A DNA stretch of 64,000 nt from Auanema rhodensis (lineage: Eukaryota; Animalia; Nematoda), in the NCBI GenBank assembly GCA_964057225.1, contig OZ059895.1, positions 992,001 to 1,056,000 on the forward strand, given 5' to 3'. Below are positions 55,201 to 64,000 of this stretch, piece by piece. The translations under genes and the position numbers were made by a program. How positions within the stretch are numbered: position 1 is the stretch's first letter; every line of letters starts with the position of its first letter. A model generated the notes under the pieces. It ran no database searches. It was given only the letters and a program-made list of their open reading frames with translations, and was not told where the DNA came from.

Positions 55201-58200
55201 ACTCAACATACACTAATGCATCATTTTTCAAACGATCATAACTAATTTTTGTATTAAGCGTTTCTCGATGTAGTATAGTGCATTCGATGCGGATTTTTAA
55301 GCTGCGTCGATCTGTGTTATCAGATTTGCGCTAGCTTAAAAATGCACCGAGATTTTAACTGATATAAGTTCACACTTATATCCTCGATTTTCACCCTGAA
55401 GAATTAATTTTTTCGTTGAATAACATTGTCCATCGTCTTTGCCTTGAAAAATGGAATCTAAAAACATCTACTTTTTGCTAAATTATTTTGAAATTTTTCG
55501 AAAAAATTTTTGTCAAAATGTTTTTGGAAGCAATGTTGAGTGTACATGGAAACTCAACATACACTAATGCATCATTTTTCAAACGATCATAACTAATTTT
55601 TGTATTAGCTTTTCTCAATGTAGTATAGTGCATTCGATGCGGATTTTTAAGCTGTGTCGATCTGTGTTATCAGATTTGCGCTAGCTTAAAAATGCACCGA
55701 GATATCAACTGATATAAGTTCACACTTATATCCTCGATTTTCACCCTGAAGAATTAATTTTTTCGTTGAATAACATCGTCCATCGTCTTTGCCTTGAAAA
55801 ATGGAATCTAAAAACATCTACTTTTTGCTAAATTATTTTGAAATTTTTCGAAAAAATTTTTGTCAAAATGTTTTTGGAAGCAATGTTGAGTGTACATGGA
55901 AACTCAACATACACTAATGCATCATTTTTCAAACGATCATAACTAATTTTTGTATTAAGCGTTTCTCGATGTAGTATAGTGCATTCGATGCGGATTTTTA
56001 AGCTGCGTCGATCTGTGTTATCAGATTTGCGCTAGCTTAAAAATGCACCGAGATTTTAACTGATATAAGTTCACACTTATATCCTCGATTTTCACCCTGA
56101 AGAATTAATTTTTTCGTTGAATAACATTGTCCATCGTCTTTGCCTTGAAAAATGGAATCTAAAAACATCTACTTTTTGCTAAATTATTTTGAAATTTTTC
56201 GAAAAAATTTTTGTCAAAATGTTTTTGGAAGCAATGTTGAGTGTACATGGAAACTCAACATACACTAATGCATCATTTTTCAAACGATCATAACTAATTT
56301 TTGTATTAAGCGTTTCTCGATGTAGTATAGTGCATTCGATGCTGATTTTTAAGCTGCGTCGATCTGTGTTATCAGATTTGCGCTAGCTTAAAAATGCACC
56401 GAGATTTTAACTGATATAAGTTCACACTTATATCCTCGATTTTCACCCTGAAGAATTAATTTTTTCGTTGAATAACATTGTCCATCGTCTTTGCCTTGAA
56501 AAATGGAATCTAAAAACATCTACTTTTTGCTAAATTATTCTGAAATTTTTCGAAAAAATTTTTGTCAAAATGTTTTTGGAAGCAATGTTGAGTGTACATG
56601 GAAACTCAACATACACTAATGCATCATTTTTCAAACGATCATAACTAATTTTTGTATTAGCTTTTCTCAATGTAGTATAGTGCATTCGATGCGGATTTTT
56701 AAGCTGTGTCGATCTGTGTTATCAGATTTGCGCTAGCTTAAAAATGCACCGAGATATCAACTGATATAAGTTCACACTTATATCCTCGATTTTCACCCTG
56801 AAGAATTAATTTTTTCGTTGAATAACATCGTCCATCGTCTTTGCCTTGAAAAATGGAATCTAAAAACATCTACTTTTTGCTAAATTATTTTGAAATTTTT
56901 CGAAAAAATTTTTGTCAAAATGTTTTTGGAAGCAATGTTGAGTGTACATGGAAACTCAACATACACTAATGCATCATTTTTCAAACGATCATAACTAATT
57001 TTTGTATTAAGCGTTTCTCGATGTAGTATAGTGCATTCGATGCGGATTTTTAAGTTGCGTCGATCTGTGTTATCAGATTTGCGCTAGCTTAAAAATGCAC
57101 CGAGATTTTAACTGATATAAGTTCACACTTATATCCTCGATTTTCACCCTGAAGAATTAATTTTTTTGTTGAATAACATCGTCCATCGTCTTTGCCTTGA
57201 AAAATGGGATCTAAAAACATCTACTTTTTGCTAAATTATTTTGAAATTTTTCGAAAAAATTTTTGTCAAAATGTTTTTGGAAGCAATGTTGAGTGTACAT
57301 GGAAACTCAACATACACTAATGCATCATTTTTCAAACGATCATAACTAATTTTTGTATTAAGCGTTTCTCGATGTAGTATAGTGCATTCGATGCGGATTT
57401 TTAAGCTGCGTCGATCTGTGTTATCAGATTTGCGCTAGCTTAAAAATGCACCGAGATTTTAACTGATATAAGTTCACACTTATATCCTCGATTTTCACCC
57501 TGAAGAATTAATTTTTTCGTTGAATAACATTGTCCATCGTCTTTGCCTTGAAAAATGGAATCTAAAAACATCTACTTTTTGCTAAATTATTTTGAAATTT
57601 TTCGAAAAAATTTTTGTCAAAATGTTTTTGGAAGCAATGTTGAGTGTACATGGAAACTCAACATACACTAATGCATCATTTTTCAAACAATCATAACTAA
57701 TTTGTGTATTAAGCGTTTCTCAATGTAGTATAGTGCATTCGATGCGGATTTTTAAGCTGCGTCGATCTGTGTTATCAGATTTGCGCTAGCTTAAAAATGC
57801 ACCGAGATATCAACTGATATAAGTTCACACTTATATCCTCAATTTTCACCCTGAAGAATCAATTTTTTTGTTGAATAACATCGTCCATCGTCTTTGCCTT
57901 GAAAAATGGAATCTAAAAACATCTACTTTTTGCTAAATTATTTTGAAATTTTTCGAAAAAATTTTTGTCAAAATGTTTTTGGAAGCAATGTTGAGTGTAC
58001 ATGGAAACTCAACATACACTAATGCATCATTTTTCAAACGATCATAACTAATTTTTGTATTAAGCGTTTCTCGATGTAGTATAGTGCATTCGATGCGGAT
58101 TTTTAAGCTGCGTCGATCTGTGTTATCAGATTTGCGCTAGCTTAAAAATGCACCGAGATTTTAACTGATATAAGTTCACACTTATATCCTCGATTTTCAC

Positions 58201-60006
58201 CCTGAAGAATCAATTTTTTCGTTGAATAACATCGTCCATCGTCTTTGCCTTGAAAAATGGAATCTAAAAACATCTACTTTTTGCTAAATTATTTTGAAAT
58301 TTTTCGAAAAAATTTTTGTCAAAATGTTTTTGGAAGCAATGTTGAGTGTACATGGAAACTCAACATACACTAATGCATCATTTTTCAAACGATCATAACT
58401 AATTTTTGTTTTAAGCGTTTCTCGATGTAGTATAGTGCATTCGATGCGGATTTTTAAGTTGCGTCGATCTGTGTTATCAGATTTGCGCTAGCTTAAAAAT
58501 GCACCGAGATTTTAACTGATATAAGTTCACACTTATATCCTCGATTTTTACCCTGAAGAATTAATTTTTTCGTTGAATAACATTGTCCATCGTCTTTGCC
58601 TTGAAAAATGGAATCTAAAAACATCTACTTTTCGCTAAATTATTTTGAAATTTTTCGAAAAAATTTTTGTCAAAATGTTTTTGGAAGCAATGTTGAGTGT
58701 ACATGGAAACTCAACATACACTAATGCATCATTTTTCAAACGATCATAACTAATTTTTGTATTAAGCGTTTCTCGATGTAGTAAAGTGCATTCGATGCGG
58801 ATTTTTAAGTTGCGTCGATCTGTGTTATCAGATTTGCGCTAGCTTAAAAATGCACCGAGATTTTAACTGATATAAGTTCACACTTATATCCTCGATTTTC
58901 ACCCTGAAGAATTAATTTTTTCGTTGAATAACATTGTCCATCGTCTTTGCCTTGAAAAATGGAATCTAAAAACATCTACTTTTTGCTAAATTATTTTGAA
59001 ATTTTTCGAAAAAATTTTTGTCAAAATGTTTTTGGAAGCAATGTTGAGTGTACATGGAAACTCAACATACACTAATGCATCATTTTTTAAACGATCATAA
59101 CTAATTTTTGTATCAAGCGTTTCTCGATGTAGTATAGTGCATTCGATGCGGATTTTTAAGCTGCGTCGATCTGTGTTATCAGATTTGCGCTAGCTTAAAA
59201 ATGCACCGAGATATCAACTGATATAAGTTCACACTTATATCCTCGATTTTCACCCTGAAGAATTAATTTTTTTGTTGAATAACATCGTCCATCGTCTTTG
59301 CCTTGAAAAATGGAATCTAAAAACATCTACTTTTTGCTAAATTATTTTGAAATTTTTCGAAAAAATTTTTGTCAAAATGTTTTTGGAAGCAATGTTGAGT
59401 GTACATGGAAACTCAACATACACTAATGCATCATTTTTCAAACGATCATAACTAATTTTTGTATCAAGCGTTTCTCGATGTAGTATAGTGCATTCGATGC
59501 GGATTTTTAAGCTGCGTCGATCTGTGTTATCAGATTTGCGCTAGCTTAAAAATGCACCGAGATATCAACTGATATAAGTTCACACTTATATCCTCGATTT
59601 TCACCCTGAAGAATTAATTTTTTTGTTGAATAACATCGTCCATCGTCTTTGCCTTGAAAAATGGAATCTAAAAACATCTACTTTTTGCTAAATTATTTTG
59701 AAATTTTTCGAAAAAATTTTTGTCAAAATGTTTTTGGAAGCAATGTTGAGTGTACATGGAAACTCAACATACACTAATGCATCATTTTTCAAACGATCAT
59801 AACTAATTTTTGTATTAAGCGTTTCTCGATGTAGTATAGTGCATTCGATGCGGATTTTTAAGCTGCGTCGATCTGTGTTATCAGATTTGCGCTAGCTTAA
59901 AAATGCACCGAGATTTTAACTGATATAAGTTCACACTTATATCCTCGATTTTCACCCTGAAGAATTAATTTTTTCGTTGAATAACATTGTCCATCGTCTT
60001 TGCCTT

Positions 60007-63000
60007 GAAAAATGGAATCTAAAAACATCTACTTTTTGCTAAATTATTTTGAAATTTTTCGAAAAAATTTTTGTCAAAATGTTTTTGGAAGCAATGTTGA
60101 GTGTACATGGAAACTCAACATACACTAATGCATCATTTTTCAAACGATCATAACTAATTTTTGTATTAAGCGTGTCTCAATGTAGTATAGTGCATTTGAT
60201 GCGGATTTTTAAGCTGCGTCGATCTGTGTTATCAGATTTGCGCTAGCTTAAAAATGCACCGAGATATCAACTGATATAAGTTCACACTTATATCCTCGAT
60301 TTTCACCCTGAAGAATTAATTTTTTCGTTGAATAACATTGTCCATCGTCTTTGCCTTGAAAAAAGGAATCTAAAAACATCTACTTTTTGCTAAATTATTT
60401 CGAAATTTTTCGAAAAAACTTTTGTCAAAATGTTTTTGGAAGCAATGTTGAGTGTACATGGAAACTCAACATACACTAATGCATCATTTTTCAAACGATC
60501 ATAACTAATTTTTGTATTAAGCGTTTCTCAATGCAGTATAGTGCATTCGATGCGGATTTTTAAGCTGCGTCGATCTGTGTTATCAGATTTGCGCTAGCTT
60601 AAAAATGCACCGAGATATCAACTGATATAAGTTCACACTTATATCCTCGATTTTCACCCTGAAGAATTAATTTTTTCGTTGAATAACATTGTCCATCGTC
60701 TTTGCCTTGAAAAAAGGAATCTAAAAACATCTACTTTTTGCTAAATTATTTCGAAATTTTTCGAAAAAATTTTTGTCAAAATGTTTTTGGAAGCAATGTT
60801 GAGTGTACATGGAAACTCAACATACACTAATGCATCATTTTTCAAACGATCATAACTAATTTTTGTATTAAGCGTTTCTCAATGTAGTATAGTGCATTCG
60901 ATGCGGATTTTTAAGCTGCGTCGATCTGTGTTATCAGATTTGCGCTAGCTTAAAAATGCACCGAGATATCAACTGATATAAGTTCACACTTATATCCTCG
61001 ATTTTCACCCTGAAGAATTAATTTTTTCGTTGAATAACATTGTCCATCGTCTTTGCCTTGAAAAAAGGAATCTAAAAACATCTACTTTTTGCTAAATTAT
61101 TTCGAAATTTTTCGAAAAAACTTTTGTCAAAATGTTTTTGGAAGCAATGTTGAGTGTACATGGAAACTCAACATACACTAATGCATCATTTTTCAAACGA
61201 TCATAACTAATTTTTGTATTAAGCGTTTCTCAATGCAGTATAGTGCATTCGATGCGGATTTTTAAGCTGCGTCGATCTGTGTTATCAGATTTGCGCTAGC
61301 TTAAAAATGCACCGAGATATCAACTGATATAAGTTCACACTTATATCCTCGATTTTCACCCTGAAGAATTAATTTTTTCGTTGAATAACATTGTCCATCG
61401 TCTTTGCCTTGAAAAAAGGAATCTAAAAACATCTACTTTTTGCTAAATTATTTCGAAATTTTTCGAAAAAATTTTTGTCAAAATGTTTTTGGAAGCAATG
61501 TTGAGTGTACATGGAAACTCAACATACACTAATGCATCATTTTTCAAACGATCATAACTAATTTTTGTATTAAGCGTTTCTCAATGTAGTATAGTGCATT
61601 CGATGCGGATTTTTAAGCTGCGTCGATCTGTGTTATCAGATTTGCGCTAGCTTAAAAATGCACCGAGATATCAACTGATATAAGTTCACACTTATATCCT
61701 CGATTTTCACCCTGAAGAATTAATTTTTTCGTTGAATAACATTGTCCATCGTCTTTGCCTTGAAAAAAGGAATCTAAAAACATCTACTTTTTGCTAAATT
61801 ATTTCGAAATTTTTCGAAAAAATTTTTGTCAAAATGTTTTTGGAAGCAATGTTGAGTGTACATGGAAACTCAACATACACTAATGCATCATTTTTCAAAC
61901 GATCATAACTAATTTTTGTATTAAGCGTTTCTCAATGTAGTATAGTGCATTCGATGCGGATTTTTAAGCTGCGTCGATCTGTGTTATCAGATTTGCGCTA
62001 GCTTAAAAATGCACCGAGATATCAACTGATATAAGTTCACACTTATATCCTCGATTTTCACCCTGAAGAATTAATTTTTTCGTTGAATAACATTGTCCAT
62101 CGTCTTTGCCTTGAAAAAAGGAATCTAAAAACATCTACTTTTTGCTAAATTATTTCGAAATTTTTCGAAAAAACTTTTGTCAAAATGTTTTTGGAAGCAA
62201 TGTTGAGTGTACATGGAAACTCAACATACACTAATGCATCATTTTTCAAACGATCATAACTAATTTTTGTATTAAGCGTTTCTCAATGTAGTATAGTGCA
62301 TTTGATGCGGATTTTTAAGCTGCGTCGATCTGTGTTATCAGATTTGCGCTAGCTTAAAAATGCACCGAGATATCAACTGATATAAGTTCACACTTATATC
62401 CTCGATTTTCACCCTGAAGAATTAATTTTTTCGTTGAATAACATTGTCCATCGTCTTTGCCTTGAAAAATGGAATCTAAAAACATCTACTTTTTGCTAAA
62501 TTATTTCGAAATTTTTCGAAAAAACTTTTGTCAAAATGTTTTTGGAAGCAATGTTGAGTGTACATGGAAACTCAACATACACTAATGCATCATTTTTCAA
62601 ACGATCATAACTAATTTTTGTATTAAGCGTTTCTCAATGTAGTATAGTGCATTTGATGCGGATTTTTAAGCTGCGTCGATCTGTGTTATCAGATTTGCGC
62701 TAGCTTAAAAATGCACCGAGATATCAACTGATATAAGTTCACACTTATATCCTCGATTTTCACCCTGAAGAATTAATTTTTTCGTTGAATAACATTGTCC
62801 ATCGTCTTTGCCTTGAAAAATGGAATCTAAAAACATCTACTTTTTGCTAAATTATTTTGAAATTTTTCGAAAAAATTTTTGTCAAAATGTTTTTGGAAGC
62901 AATGTTGAGTGTACATGGAAACTCAACATACACTAATGCATCATTTTTCAAACAATCATAACTAAATTGTGTAATAAGCGTTTCTCAATGTAGTATAGTG

Positions 63001-64000
63001 CATTCGATGCGGATTTTTAAGCTGCGTCGATCTGTGTTATCAGATTTGCGCTAGCTTAAAAATGCACCGAGATATCAACTGATATAAGTTCACACTTATA
63101 TCCTCGATTTTCACCCTGAAGAATTAATTTTTTTGTTGAATAACATCGTCCATCGTCTTTGCCTTGAAAAATGAAATCTAAAAACATCTACTTTTTGCTA
63201 AATTATTTTGAAATTTTTCGAAAAAATTTTTGTCAAAATGTTTTTGGAAGCAATGTTGAGTGTACATGGAAACTCAACATACACTAATGCATCATTTTTC
63301 AAACGATCATAACTAATTTTTGTATTAAGCGTTTCTCGATGTAGTATAGTGCATTCGATGCGGATTTTTAAGCTGCGTCGATCTGTGTTATCAGATTTGC
63401 GCTAGCTTAAAAATGCACCGAGATTTTAACTGATATAAGTTCACACTTATATCCTCGATTTTCACCCTGAAGATCTAATTTTTTCGTTGAATAACATTGT
63501 CCATCGTCTTTGCCTTGAAAAATGGAATCTAAAAACATCTACTTTTTGCTAAATTATTTCGAAATTTTTCAAAAAAATTTTTGTCAAAATGTTTTTGGAA
63601 GCAATGTTGAGTGTACATGGAAACTCAACATACACTAATGCATCATTTTTCAAACGATCATAACTAATTTTTGTATTAAGCGTGTCTCAATGTAGTATAG
63701 TGCATTTGATGCGGATTTTTAAGCTGCGTCGATCTGTGTTATCAGATTTGCGCTAGCTTAAAAATGCACCGAGATATCAACTGATATAAGTTCACACTTA
63801 TATCCTCGATTTTCACCCTGAAGAATTAATTTTTTCGTTGAATAACATTGTCCATCGTCTTTGCCTTGAAAAAAGGAATCTAAAAACATCTACTTTTTGC
63901 TAAATTATTTCGAAATTTTTCGAAAAAACTTTTGTCAAAATGTTTTTGGAAGCAATGTTGAGTGTACATGGAAACTCAACATACACTAATGCATCATTTT
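60007..64000. repeat. Distinct monomer subfamily, probable 10-mer period (3510 bp)
   Basis: Markers GAAAAAAGG, TATTTCGAAATTTTTCG, AAAAACTTTTG, GCATTTGATGC and ATGCAGT. The GCGTGTCTC + CATTTGAT monomer is at 60007 and again at 63517. Confidence 0.8.

Larger units (their letters stand above)
1..64000. repeat. Tandem satellite DNA array, 351-bp monomer, 182 full copies + 133-bp partial, head-to-tail
   Basis: The line starting at 1 recurs at 7021, 14041 and 21061 (7020 = 20 x 351). The last monomer starts at 63868 = 1 + 182 x 351 - 15. Copies differ by only a few substitutions each, and the array runs off both window ends. Confidence 0.99.

Noticed and set aside
1-64000. CRISPR array or repeat-spacer system
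   Set aside because: Hairpins are present, but the intervening sequences are near-identical between units; there are no unique spacers, leader or cas genes.
1-64000. Giant repetitive protein gene (351 = 117 codons)
   Set aside because: The ORF track shows no long ORF in any frame; stops recur in every monomer and the 1-bp deletions shift frame.

Overview
The whole window is one uninterrupted head-to-tail tandem array of an AT-rich (~31% GC, hand count of one monomer) 351-bp satellite: 182 complete monomers (1-63867) plus a 133-bp partial copy, all in the same orientation. I found no unique sequence, transposon insertion, inversion, RNA gene or credible protein-coding gene. It most resembles a eukaryotic (peri)centromeric satellite. 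CpG is not depleted, which fits an invertebrate-type host (inference); I do not recognise the family or species. The monomer is densely tiled with dyad symmetries (4-5 stem-loops), and variation concentrates in loops and linkers. One recurrent 1-bp deletion, in 15 monomers, explains all net length variation. Variant patterns show stacked local higher-order duplications (2-, 3-, 4-, 7-, 8/10-mers), sharp subfamily boundaries at ~26326 and ~60007, and rare haplotypes shared over ~25 kb. Both ORF-track entries are stop-codon losses in single monomers. There is no evidence for a novel gene-encoded system; the best candidate for new biology is the structured satellite monomer itself. 'pos' means position within the monomer, with pos 1 the G of GAAAAATGGAATC. 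All variant counts were read by eye.
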